A DNA stretch of 64,000 bases. Source: Sphingobium sp. GTDB lineage: Bacteria; Pseudomonadota; Alphaproteobacteria; Sphingomonadales; Sphingomonadaceae. This document shows, one piece after another, positions 40,200 through 49,100 of this stretch; the stretch's first letter is position 1; every line of letters begins with the position of its first letter. Made by a program: the position numbers and the translations under genes. Under the pieces are notes generated by a model. That model was not told the origin of the DNA. It saw only the letters and a program-made list of their open reading frames with translations, and made no database searches. The stretch spans positions 95,373 to 159,372 of the forward strand of contig JAGIAZ010000002.1 in NCBI GenBank assembly GCA_017744605.1, in the 5' to 3' direction.

Positions 40200-40260
40200 G
40201 ATGCATGGGACAAGCCGCCAGACGGCGAACGGAATTTCAGAGAAACAAAGGAACAGGGAC

Positions 40261-40404
40261 ATGACCATGAACAACAACCTCTTCGGTGCCAGGCTGATGG
40301 CCAGCTTCTTCGCGCTCCTGCTGAGCACCGCCATGGTGATCGGCTCGGTGGGCCCGGCCTACAACGTCCAGGCCCCGAATGCCGCTCAGGACCTGATTGC
40401 ATGA
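40261..40404 (+). CDS. 47-aa hydrophobic peptide, first cistron of the psp operon
   Basis: AAGGA RBS; MTMNNNLFGARLMASFFALLLSTAMVIGSVGPAYNVQAPNAAQDLIA; strong GC3 bias. Confidence 0.65.
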   Translation: MTMNNNLFGARLMASFFALLLSTAMVIGSVGPAYNVQAPNAAQDLIA

Positions 40405-40517
40405 ACGAAACCCGCCAGGCTGCTCCTTTCCCTCGTGGAGCGGATGGCGTGCACCGTCGGGGCGGGCAAGCCCCTCAGCCCGCCCCGACAACCCCTTCTC
40501 TACGGAGCATTTATCCA

Positions 40518-41189
40518 ATGGGCATTTTCTCACGTACGCGCGACATCATCGCGGCCAACGTCACCGACCTTCTCGACCGGGCTGAGGACCCGTCCAAGAT
40601 GATCCGCATGATCATCCTGGAAATGGAGGAAACACTGGTCGAAGTCCGCGCTTCGGCGGCCCGCACCATTGCGGACCAGAAGGAAATGCGCCGGCATATC
40701 GTGAAGCTCGACGGGCTTCAGGAAGGCTGGGTCGAGAAGGCGCAGCTCGCGCTCTCCAAAGGGCGCGAGGATCTCGCCAAGGCCGCACTCATCGAGAAAC
40801 AGAAGGCCGGCGACATGGCCGAGCAGCTGAAGGCCCAGATCACCGTGCTCGACGACGCGCTCCGGGCGTCCGAGGCGGATATCGCCAAGCTGCAGAGCAA
40901 GCTGCGCGAAGCGCGCGCGCGCCAGTCGAGCCTCATGACGCGCATGGAAAGCGCGCAGAACCGCCTTCGCGTGCGTGAGATGTATGCCGGCGAAAAGGTC
41001 CAGGATGCCTTCTCGCGCTTCGACCAGCTCGAGCGCCGTGTCGACTTCGCCGAAGGCCGCGCCGACGCCATGAGCCTGGGCGCGCCCAAGACGCTCGAGG
41101 AAGAGATTGCCGACCTGCAGGCCGACGACAAGGTCGAGGCCGAGCTCGAAGCGCTGAAGGCCGCACAGGCCAGGAAGAGCGAGGGCTGA
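40518..41189 (+). CDS. pspA: Phage shock protein A
   Basis: MGIFSRTRDII, AEDPSKMIRMIILEMEETLVE, GREDLAKAAL, ELEALK. Confidence 0.96.
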   Translation: MGIFSRTRDIIAANVTDLLDRAEDPSKMIRMIILEMEETLVEVRASAARTIADQKEMRRHIVKLDGLQEGWVEKAQLALSKGREDLAKAALIEKQKAGDMAEQLKAQITVLDDALRASEADIAKLQSKLREARARQSSLMTRMESAQNRLRVREMYAGEKVQDAFSRFDQLERRVDFAEGRADAMSLGAPKTLEEEIADLQADDKVEAELEALKAAQARKSEG

Positions 41190-41192
41190 GCG

Positions 41193-41459
41193 ATGGAAGC
41201 CGTCATCATCTGCGCGACCCTGTTCATCGCGCTGCCGTGGATCATCTTCCACTATGTCACGCAGTGGAAGAAATCGACGTCGATCACCAACGAGGACGAG
41301 GCGCTCCTCGACCAGATGTACGAAACCGCCCGCCGGCTCGAAGAGCGGCTGGGCACCGTCGAGCGGATCATCGCCGCCGACCATCCTGATTTCCGCGCGC
41401 CGCGCCTGGGCGCGAGCGACGATTATCGCCTGGAAGGGCGGCTCGAAGGGAGGAACTGA
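41193..41459 (+). CDS. pspB: Phage shock protein B
   Basis: LFIALPWIIFHY, RLEERLGTVERIIAADHPDFR. Confidence 0.92.
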   Translation: MEAVIICATLFIALPWIIFHYVTQWKKSTSITNEDEALLDQMYETARRLEERLGTVERIIAADHPDFRAPRLGASDDYRLEGRLEGRN

Positions 41460-41462
41460 GCT

Positions 41463-41843
41463 ATGATGCCCCGTCGCACGAATTTCTATCTCGACAAGCG
41501 CAATGCCAAATGGCTGGGCGTCTGCTCGGGTCTCGCTGCCTATGCCGGCGTGGATGCCCTTTGGGTTCGCGTGGCCACTGTGCTGCTGACTCTCTGCGGT
41601 GCGGCCTGGCTCACCATACCGGGCTATTTCGCCATTGCCTGGCTCGCCAAGGATCAACCCAGCGATCTCTACGTCGATCAGGATGACGAACGCTTTTGGC
41701 AGCGCACGCGCGTCAACCCGAAGCGCACGACCCGCGAGGTGAAGAGCAAATATCGCGAGATCGACCGCAGGCTGGCCGACATCGAGACCTTTTACACGAG
41801 CCGTAACCAGAGCCTGGCGGACGAGATCGAGCAGCTGCGCTGA
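41463..41843 (+). CDS. pspC: Phage shock protein C
   Basis: KWLGVCSGLA..WVRV, TM segment, IDRRLADIETFYTS..LADEIEQLR. Confidence 0.92.
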   Translation: MMPRRTNFYLDKRNAKWLGVCSGLAAYAGVDALWVRVATVLLTLCGAAWLTIPGYFAIAWLAKDQPSDLYVDQDDERFWQRTRVNPKRTTREVKSKYREIDRRLADIETFYTSRNQSLADEIEQLR

Positions 41844-41866
41844 GCGCGGCCCGCCAACGGGGAGAC

Positions 41867-42193
41867 ATGCAAATGAACGGTGGTCAGATTTTCGTCCTGT
41901 GCATCATCGCGATCTCGATATTGGGCGGCACGCTCTCGATGTGGATCAAGGCCAGGCATGGCTATCCCATCCACGACCGGCACAGCCGGCGCATGGCCCG
42001 GCGGGCGGCGCGGCGTGGCGAGATGCTGCCCGACGCGCTGGACGACGGCCGCAAGGTGCAGCTGCTCACCAGCGAGAATGAGCGCCTGGCCGGTCAGGTC
42101 TCGCGCCTGGAAGAACGCATCGCGGTGCTGGAGCGCATCGTCACCGATCCGGCCGAGCGCACGGCGCGCGCCATCGACAGACTTGCCGACTGA
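41867..42193 (+). CDS. PspB/PspC-like single-TM coiled-coil protein, array member 1
   Basis: TM, WIKARHGYP, LEERIAVLERIVTD; GGAG RBS. Confidence 0.8.
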   Translation: MQMNGGQIFVLCIIAISILGGTLSMWIKARHGYPIHDRHSRRMARRAARRGEMLPDALDDGRKVQLLTSENERLAGQVSRLEERIAVLERIVTDPAERTARAIDRLAD

Positions 42194-42205
42194 GGAGCTT
42201 GAACC

Positions 42206-42541
42206 ATGAACGATACCGCCCAGGCCCTCGTCCAGAACCTGCCGCCGCTGATCGGCTTTGGCATGGCGCTGGGCTTTGCCGGCATCGCCGGCTGGGTGTT
42301 CACCACCTGGCTTCGAGTCCGCAACGGCTATCCGCTGGAAAGCAGCTGGGGCAAGCCGATCTACCCCATGAAGAACGAGGAGACCATCGAGCGCATCAGG
42401 CTGCTGAGCCAGGAGAATGCGCAGCTGCGCGCCGAGCTCGGTTCGATCAAGGACAGGCTCGGCAATGTCGAGCGGATCGTCACCGACGGGTCGCTCCGGC
42501 TGACGAACGAGATCGAAAGCCTGCGCGGTCCGAGCAACTGA
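42206..42541 (+). CDS. PspB/PspC-like single-TM coiled-coil protein, array member 2
   Basis: TM, WLRVRNGYP, IKDRLGNVERIVTD..EIESLR; GAGGAG RBS. Confidence 0.82.
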   Translation: MNDTAQALVQNLPPLIGFGMALGFAGIAGWVFTTWLRVRNGYPLESSWGKPIYPMKNEETIERIRLLSQENAQLRAELGSIKDRLGNVERIVTDGSLRLTNEIESLRGPSN

Positions 42542-42577
42542 CAGACGAGTAGACGAGTGAAGGGAGGCACGACGGAC

Positions 42578-42859
42578 ATGGATTATACGTTCATCATCCC
42601 GCTGATCGGCGTCTGCATCCCGATCGTCGCGATCGCGTCGGTGACGATCAACAAGCTGATCCGCCTGCGCGAGAAACAGATCGAGCTCGCGGCCACGCAA
42701 GCGGCCGAGAAGGCGGCTCGCTACGCCGCGAACGGCGCGCGGATGGAGCAGCGCGTCCGCGTGCTGGAGCGGATCGTGACCGATCGCGGCCTCGGTCTCG
42801 CCGAGGACATCGACCGCGTGAACGATATGCCAGAGCTGGCCAGGATGAGGAGCAACTGA
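42578..42859 (+). CDS. PspB/PspC-like single-TM coiled-coil protein, array member 3
   Basis: TM, LREKQIE, MEQRVRVLERIVTD; GGAGG upstream. Confidence 0.8.
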   Translation: MDYTFIIPLIGVCIPIVAIASVTINKLIRLREKQIELAATQAAEKAARYAANGARMEQRVRVLERIVTDRGLGLAEDIDRVNDMPELARMRSN

Positions 42860-43146
42860 TGATCTTCGACCAACATACGATCTGGGTTCTGATCCCCATC
42901 GCGGCAATCGTCGCGGGCGTGTTCAAGCACAGCATGCGCATCAAGGAAAAGCAGATCGACCGCATGCAGGGTCAGGAGGCCGAGATGGCGTCGCGCCACG
43001 CCAGCGAGACCCGCCAGCTCGAAGAGCGCGTGCGCGTTCTCGAACGCATCGTCACCGACCAGGGCCTCAACGTCTCCATGGAGATCGAGAAGCTGCGGGA
43101 CCACCCCCCCATGCAGCCTCCTGTCCGCGACATGCGCGCGGACTGA
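42859..43146 (+). CDS. PspB/PspC-like single-TM coiled-coil protein, array member 4
   Basis: TM, IKEKQID, LEERVRVLERIVTD..EIEKLRD; TGATG coupling. Confidence 0.82.
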   Translation: MIFDQHTIWVLIPIAAIVAGVFKHSMRIKEKQIDRMQGQEAEMASRHASETRQLEERVRVLERIVTDQGLNVSMEIEKLRDHPPMQPPVRDMRAD

Positions 43147-43159
43147 GCGGAGAGCGATC

Positions 43160-43435
43160 ATGGGAGCGGGTGTTTTCGTTCTGGGCATATTGATGATCGT
43201 GATCGGCATCCCGGTCATCGGCGGACTCGTCTTCGCCTATCAGAAGGAGAAGCTGAAGCTGCGCGAGAAGGAGCTGGCCCTGTTCGGGTCCGAGGCCGCA
43301 CAGCGTGCCGCCCGACATGCCGCCCATAATGAGCGTCTCGAAGAACGCGTGCAGGTGCTGGAGCGCATCGTCACCGACGAGGGACCGGGCCTCGCGGAAG
43401 AGATTGAAAAGCTGCGCGACCAGCGGGTGAATTGA
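43160..43435 (+). CDS. PspB/PspC-like single-TM coiled-coil protein, array member 5
   Basis: TM, LREKEL, LEERVQVLERIVTD..EIEKLRD; GGAG RBS. Confidence 0.82.
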   Translation: MGAGVFVLGILMIVIGIPVIGGLVFAYQKEKLKLREKELALFGSEAAQRAARHAAHNERLEERVQVLERIVTDEGPGLAEEIEKLRDQRVN

Positions 43436-43480
43436 GCGGAAGCAGCCGAAGAATGGCGCGCCGCAGGATGGAGGCAGAGC

Positions 43481-43756
43481 ATGGGTTTCGGGGAAACATT
43501 GGTCGCGATCATCGCGATCGCATCGATCGCGGGGGTGCTGAAGGCGATCTTCACCGGCGGCGGCGGGCGCAAGCATGAGCGGATCATGCGGAGCATGGCG
43601 ATGATGCAGCAATCTCAGCAGCCCGATCCGGAGATCGGCCGGCTGCGCGAGGACGTGCGTGGCCTCAAGGAGCGCGTCGCCGTGCTCGAGCGGCTCATCA
43701 CTGACCAGTCGAGCTCGCTCGACCGTGAATTCGAGAAACTGAAGCAGATGGATTGA
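43481..43756 (+). CDS. PspB/PspC-like single-TM coiled-coil protein, array member 6
   Basis: TM, LKERVAVLERLITD..LDREFEKLK; GGAGG RBS. Confidence 0.8.
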   Translation: MGFGETLVAIIAIASIAGVLKAIFTGGGGRKHERIMRSMAMMQQSQQPDPEIGRLREDVRGLKERVAVLERLITDQSSSLDREFEKLKQMD

Positions 43757-43802
43757 GCGCGGCCCGCCCCCTCATGCGGGGCCGCCCAGGGAAGGATCGG
43801 CC

Positions 43803-44060
43803 ATGATTACGCAGATCGACATCATCACCCATGCGACAGCCGCCATCGTGCTGACGGGCTGGGCCCTCATCGCCGCTTATGTCGGCCTGAGGATCTGGAA
43901 CGGCTGGCTGGCGCTGAAGCGCACCGAAATGGAACTGACCGCGCGTTACACGGCGCTCGGCGACCCGGCACCGCTTTCGGCGGGCGCCCGCATCGACCTT
44001 GCGGATCTCAAGGAGCGCATCCGCAAGCTCGAAGCCATCGCCTCCGGCGTAGACCTCTAA
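43803..44060 (+). CDS. PspB-like single-TM protein, array member 7
   Basis: TM, WNGWLALKRTE, DLKERIRKLEAIASGVDL; AAGGA RBS. Confidence 0.78.
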   Translation: MITQIDIITHATAAIVLTGWALIAAYVGLRIWNGWLALKRTEMELTARYTALGDPAPLSAGARIDLADLKERIRKLEAIASGVDL

Positions 44061-44071
44061 CACGCGGGATC

Positions 44072-44114
44072 CCGTTCGTGTCGAGCGAGCCTAGGGCTTG
44101 CTCGACACGAACGG
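44072..44114. repeat. Palindromic element, same family as the rnr insert
   Basis: ccgttcgtgtcgagcgagcc-tag-ggcttgctcgacacgaacgg (20-bp arms, one G-T pair). Confidence 0.85.
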
Positions 44115-44191
44115 AGACGCCGAAGAAAGGTCCGCCAGGTTCGCTTCGTGACTTCGTTGCCTCTTTGCCACCTCCAACTATATGGGGCGGC

Positions 44192-44608
44192 ATGACCGCG
44201 ACGCTCCAGAACATCCAGGACGATTATGAACTGCTCGATGCCGATGAGCGCTACCGGCTGCTCATCGACCTTGGCCGTGCGCTCGAGCCGATGCCCGATG
44301 CGCTCAAGACCGACGCGACGCTGGTGCGCGGATGTTCCGCCAAGGTCTGGGTCTATCCGACCCGTACGAGTGCCGGCGCTCTCCATTTCCTGGCCGACAG
44401 CAATGCTGCAATCACCAAGGGGATCATCGCGCTGGTACTGCTGACCGTGCAGGACCGCATGCCGGCTGACGTCGCCGGCTTCGACATCGAGGCCGCGCTC
44501 GAGCCGTTCGACCTGAAGCGCCAGCTCTCCTCGAACCGCACGCAGGGCCTGCCCAACATGATCGCGCTGATCAGGGAAACTGCGACGAGGCTGGCGGTCG
44601 AAGACTAA
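44192..44608 (+). CDS. sufE: SufE family Fe-S metabolism protein
   Basis: ERYRLLIDLG, VRGCSAKVW, DSNAAITKG, LSSNRTQG. Confidence 0.9.
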   Translation: MTATLQNIQDDYELLDADERYRLLIDLGRALEPMPDALKTDATLVRGCSAKVWVYPTRTSAGALHFLADSNAAITKGIIALVLLTVQDRMPADVAGFDIEAALEPFDLKRQLSSNRTQGLPNMIALIRETATRLAVED

Positions 44609-44621
44609 GGCATCAATCCCA

Positions 44622-44695
44622 GTGCTCCTGCGAAGGCAGGAGCCCAGGGCGTGGTAGCGCCATATCGCCCTAGGCTCCTGCCTTCGCAGGAGCAC
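44622..44695. repeat. REPIN-like inverted doublet of short palindromes
   Basis: 30-bp arms gtgctcctgcgaaggcaggagcccagggcg / cgccctaggctcctgccttcgcaggagcac (1 mismatch); each arm holds CTCCTGC-N4-GCAGGAG. Confidence 0.85.
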
Positions 44696-44698
44696 AGG

Positions 44699-46108
44699 TT
44701 ATCGAGCGGCCGCAGGCTCGTCGGCCGCCGGTGTCAGCGCGTCGCCGCCAAGCGTCCGGTAGAGCGCGACGCGGTTACGAGCCGCCTCGAGCCGGGTGGC
44801 GACCAGTGTCTTTTGCGCCGTGTAGAGGCTGCGCTGCGAATCCAGGTTCACGAGGAAGCTGTCGATACCGCCCCGATAGCGCGCATCCGAGATGTTGAAG
44901 GCCTCGCCGGCAGCCGTGGCGCGGCGGGTGTCGGCACCGAGCTGATCATCGATCGTGCCGCGCCGGGCGAGGGCATCGGAGACCTCGCGGAACGCAGTCT
45001 GGATCGCCTTTTCGTAGGTGGCGAGCGCGGCATCGCGTGAGGCCTTGCTGGCGGCGAGATTGGCACGGCCGGCGCCGGCGCGGAAGATCGGATAGCTCGC
45101 CGCGGCCGTACCCTGCAGCGCCGAGCGGCCTGCGTCGCCGAACAGGCCTTCGAGCGATCCCGAGGCCAGACCGAGCAGGCCCGAAAGGCTGATGCGCGGG
45201 AAGAGCGCCGCGCGCGCCGCGCCGATATCGGCATTGGCTGCCCGCAGATTATATTCCGCCGAGAGCACGTCCGGCCGGCGCAGCAGGACTTCCGTGCTGG
45301 TGGCGGTCGGAGGTTCGCCGATGGTCGCGCCGGCCTGCTCGATGCTCTCGGGCAGATATTGGGGATCGACGGTCGCGCCGACGAGCAGCGTGAGCAGGTT
45401 CAGGTCCTGCGCGACCAGCGTCTTCTGGCGGGCGAGATCCGATTCCGCATTGGCGAGGATCGTCTGCGCCTGGGCATAGTCGGCGCGCGTCGCGATGCCG
45501 CCCTTGAGCCGCGCATCGACGAGGCCAAGGGTCTTGTTGGCGCTGTCCGCGGTATTCTGGGCAAGCGTCAGCAGGCTCTTGTCGGCGGCATAAGCGAGCC
45601 AGGCATTGGCGACATCGCCCAGCAAGGCAAGCCGCGTGGCGCGCGCCGTGGCCTCGCTGGCGAAATAGCGTTCCTGCGCCTCGGTGCTCAGCGACTGGAT
45701 GCGGCCGAACAGGTCGATCTCCCAGGCCGGGACCGAGAGGTTGGACGAGAACGTCGTTGCACTGGTGGCCGCGTTCTCGACGCGCTGGGCCTGTCCGTTT
45801 GCGTCGAGCTCGGGCAAGAGCGCCGCGCGCTGGGCGCGGAACTGGGCGCGGGCACGTAGGATATTGGCGGCGGCGACGCGCAGGTCGCGATTGTTGGTGA
45901 GCGCCTGCTCCATGAGCCCCAGCAGGCGCGTGTCCCTGAAAATGGTGGCGCGGTCGATCGCCGGCAGCGTTTCGTTCGATGGCGCCTCATAGGCGTCACC
46001 GGTCGGGAAGCTGGCCGGCGCAGCACCCTGTGGCCGCTCATATTTGGGCGCCATGGAACAGCCGCTGGCGAGCAGCGCGGCGATCAGGACGGTCGCACGC
46101 ACCTTCAC
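44699..46108 (-). CDS. RND efflux outer membrane lipoprotein (NodT/OprM family)
   Basis: ASGC lipobox, NNRDLR, WEIDLFGR, RRPDV, LYRTLGG. Confidence 0.93.
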   Translation of the reverse strand: MKVRATVLIAALLASGCSMAPKYERPQGAAPASFPTGDAYEAPSNETLPAIDRATIFRDTRLLGLMEQALTNNRDLRVAAANILRARAQFRAQRAALLPELDANGQAQRVENAATSATTFSSNLSVPAWEIDLFGRIQSLSTEAQERYFASEATARATRLALLGDVANAWLAYAADKSLLTLAQNTADSANKTLGLVDARLKGGIATRADYAQAQTILANAESDLARQKTLVAQDLNLLTLLVGATVDPQYLPESIEQAGATIGEPPTATSTEVLLRRPDVLSAEYNLRAANADIGAARAALFPRISLSGLLGLASGSLEGLFGDAGRSALQGTAAASYPIFRAGAGRANLAASKASRDAALATYEKAIQTAFREVSDALARRGTIDDQLGADTRRATAAGEAFNISDARYRGGIDSFLVNLDSQRSLYTAQKTLVATRLEAARNRVALYRTLGGDALTPAADEPAAAR

Positions 46109-49100
46109 AGTGCCGCACTCCGGCGGGCGCGTCGCTCGGCGAGCTTGGCGTGCATCATCTTCAGTACATCGCGGGTCGTCCGGCGGACGATCACGAAGAA
46201 GAGCGGGATGTAGAAGATGGCAAGGAACATGGCGGTCAGCATGCCGCCAACCACGGCCGTGCCGATGGCGATGCGGCTGTTGGCTCCCGCGCCGCTCGAG
46301 ATGGCCAGGGGGAACACGCCGCAGATGAACGCCATCGAGGTCATGAGGATCGGGCGCAGGCGCAGCCGGGCCGCTTCCAGCGCGGCGTCGATGATGCGCT
46401 CGCCGCGTTTCTCCGCTTGCTCCGCGAACTCGATCATCAGGATCGCATTCTTGGCGGCGAGGCCCATGGTGGTCAGCAGGCCGATTTGCAGGAAGATGTC
46501 GTTGACGAGCCCGCGCAGCGTGACGGCGAGCACCGCGCCGATCAGGCCGAGCGGAATGATCAGGACGACCGCGATGGGGATCGACCAGCTTTCGTAGAGC
46601 GCGGCGAGGAACAGGAACACAACGAGCAGCGAGATCGCATAGAGAATCGGCGCCTGGCCCGAGGACATTCGTTCCTGGTAGGACAGGCCGGAGAAGGCGA
46701 TGCTCGTTCCGGGGATCTGCGCGGCCAGCTTCTCGAAGGCGTCCATCGCATCACCCGAGCTGTAGCCCGGTGCGGATTGGCCGCTGAACTCATAGGACTG
46801 GATGCCGTTGAAGCGTGACAGGCTTGACGGTGCGCTGCTCCAGCCGATCGTCGCGAAAGCGGAGAAAGGCGCCATCTGGCCATTGCTCCCGCGCACCTGC
46901 CATTGGCCGAGATCCTCGGGCTTCGAGCGATAGGGCGCATCGCCCGTCACCCAGACGCGCTTCACACGGCCGGCATCGACGAAATCGTTGACGTAACGGC
47001 CGCCCCAGGCGGTCGAGAGCGTGTTGTTGACGTCGCCGATGTTGAGGCCAAGCGCGGTCAGCTTGCTATAGTCCATCTTGACGTCCAGCGTCGGCTGGGA
47101 CGGCAGTTCGGAGAGGCGGACGGCGGCGAGGGTGGGATCGCTGCGCGCCGCCGCGAGCAACTGGTCTCTCGCTGCTGCGAAGTCCTGACGCGAGAGATTG
47201 CCGCTGTTCAGCAGCTCAATGGTGAAGCCGTTCGCCTGGCCGAGGCCGCGCACGGTGGGCGGCAGCACGGCGAACACCTCGGCGTCACGCAGGCCCGAGA
47301 GCGCACGCGTCGCGCGCTGCGTGATGGCCTGTGCGGTATTTTCCCTGCCAGGGCGCTCGTCCCAGGGATTGAGCGCCATGAAGCCGCGGCCGACATTCTG
47401 GCCATTGGCGCCGCCGCCGCCGCTTGAGCCGGCGATCGTGAAGAAGGTCTTCGCGTTCTTGGACTCATATTTGTTCACATAGTCCTCGATCGCCTTCTGC
47501 ACCTGGGCGGTGCGATTGATCGTGGCACCGGCGGGCAGCTGGAAGGTCACGGTGGCGATGCCTGTATCCTCGACGGGCAGGAAACCGGTCGGAAGCCGAT
47601 GGAACAGGAACACGAGCAAAGCGACGACCAGCGCATAGATCAGCAGCGGGCGGGCCTTGCGGTCGACCATGCCTTTGACGGCCTTCAAGTAACGCTGCAC
47701 GGCGCCCGCGAAACGCCTGTTGAAGCCGTCGCCGAATCGACGCAGGGGGCGCATCAACCAGGGCGCATGGCGATCGAACCAGCCGGGCTGCGCTTCGTTA
47801 TCGCCTTGCGGCGCCTGCTTCAGCAGATGCGCGGTGAGCGCCGGCGTCAGCACGAGCGCCACGGCGATCGAAAGCAGCATGGCCGAAACCAGCGTAACGG
47901 AGAATTGCCGATAGATGACGCCGACCGATCCGCCGAAGAAGGCCATGGGCACGAACACGGCGGAGAGGACCAGCGCGATGGCGACAAGCGCCATGGTGAT
48001 CTCGCGCATCGATTCGATGGTCGCGTCGCGGGCGGAGAGGTTGGGATCCTCTTCCATCAGGCGCTTCACATTCTCGACGACGACGATGGCATCGTCGACC
48101 AGCATGCCGATGGACAGGACGAGACCGAACAAGGTCAGCGTGTTGATGGAATAACCCAACGCGAACAGGATGCCGAAGGTGCCGAGCAGCACGATCGGCA
48201 CCGCGATCGATGGGATCAGCGTCGCGCGCCAGTTCTGCAGGAACAGGAACATGACCAGCACGACCAGGATGATGGCTTCGAACAGCGTCCAGGCCACTTC
48301 CTTGATCGACAGCTTGATGAAGTCGGTCGAATCATTGACGAAGGCGTAGGTGAGGCCAGGCGGGAACTGCTTGGACATCTCCGCGACCCTGGCCTTGACC
48401 AACTCGGCGGTGGTCAGCGCGTCGGCGCCGGGTGCGAGGTTGATGGAGACGCCGGCGCCATTGTGGCCGTTCACATGGATGTTGATGCCGTAGCCGTCGG
48501 AGCCCATTTCGACGCGGGCAACGTCGCTTAGTTTAACCGTGGCGCCGTCGGCGGTTGTCTTGAGGATGATGTTGCTGAACTGCTCGACCGTCTGCAGGCG
48601 CGACTGCGCGCGGACAGTCGCGGTCAGATACTGGTCGGGCGCGGCGGGCTGGTCACCGATGATGCCGGCGGCGACCTCATTGTTCTGCGCTGTGATCGCG
48701 CTGATCACGTCGGCAGGCATGAGCTGAAACGATGCCAGGCGGTTGGGGTCGAGCCAGATTCGCATGGCGTGCGGCGAACCGAACACGTTGGTGTTGCCGA
48801 CGCCGTCGATACGGCCGATCGGATCCTGGAGGTTCGAGGACAGATAGTCCGAGATGTCCCGGAAGCTCATCTTGTCGGTCTTGTCGTAGACCGCGACGGT
48901 GAGGAGCTGGTCCGGATTGGACTTGCGCACGACGACGCCGCGCTGCTGCACCGGCTGGGGCAGGCGCGCGATCACCGACTGGATCTGGTTCTGCACCTGG
49001 ACTTGCGCGATGTCCGGATCGGTGCCTTTGGTGAAGGTCGCGCTGATGCCGACGCCGCCGGAGGCGGTCGAGGACGCGCTGAAATAGAGCAGGCCGTCGA

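Noticed and set aside
40401-40517. N-terminally extended PspA (262-aa ORF)
   Set aside because: The canonical MGIFSR start at 40518 has a GGAG RBS, and the extension runs through an RNA hairpin
41867-44060. CRISPR-like or non-coding repeat array
   Set aside because: Repeats are in-frame coding motifs roughly 300 bp apart with synonymous variation; no cas genes
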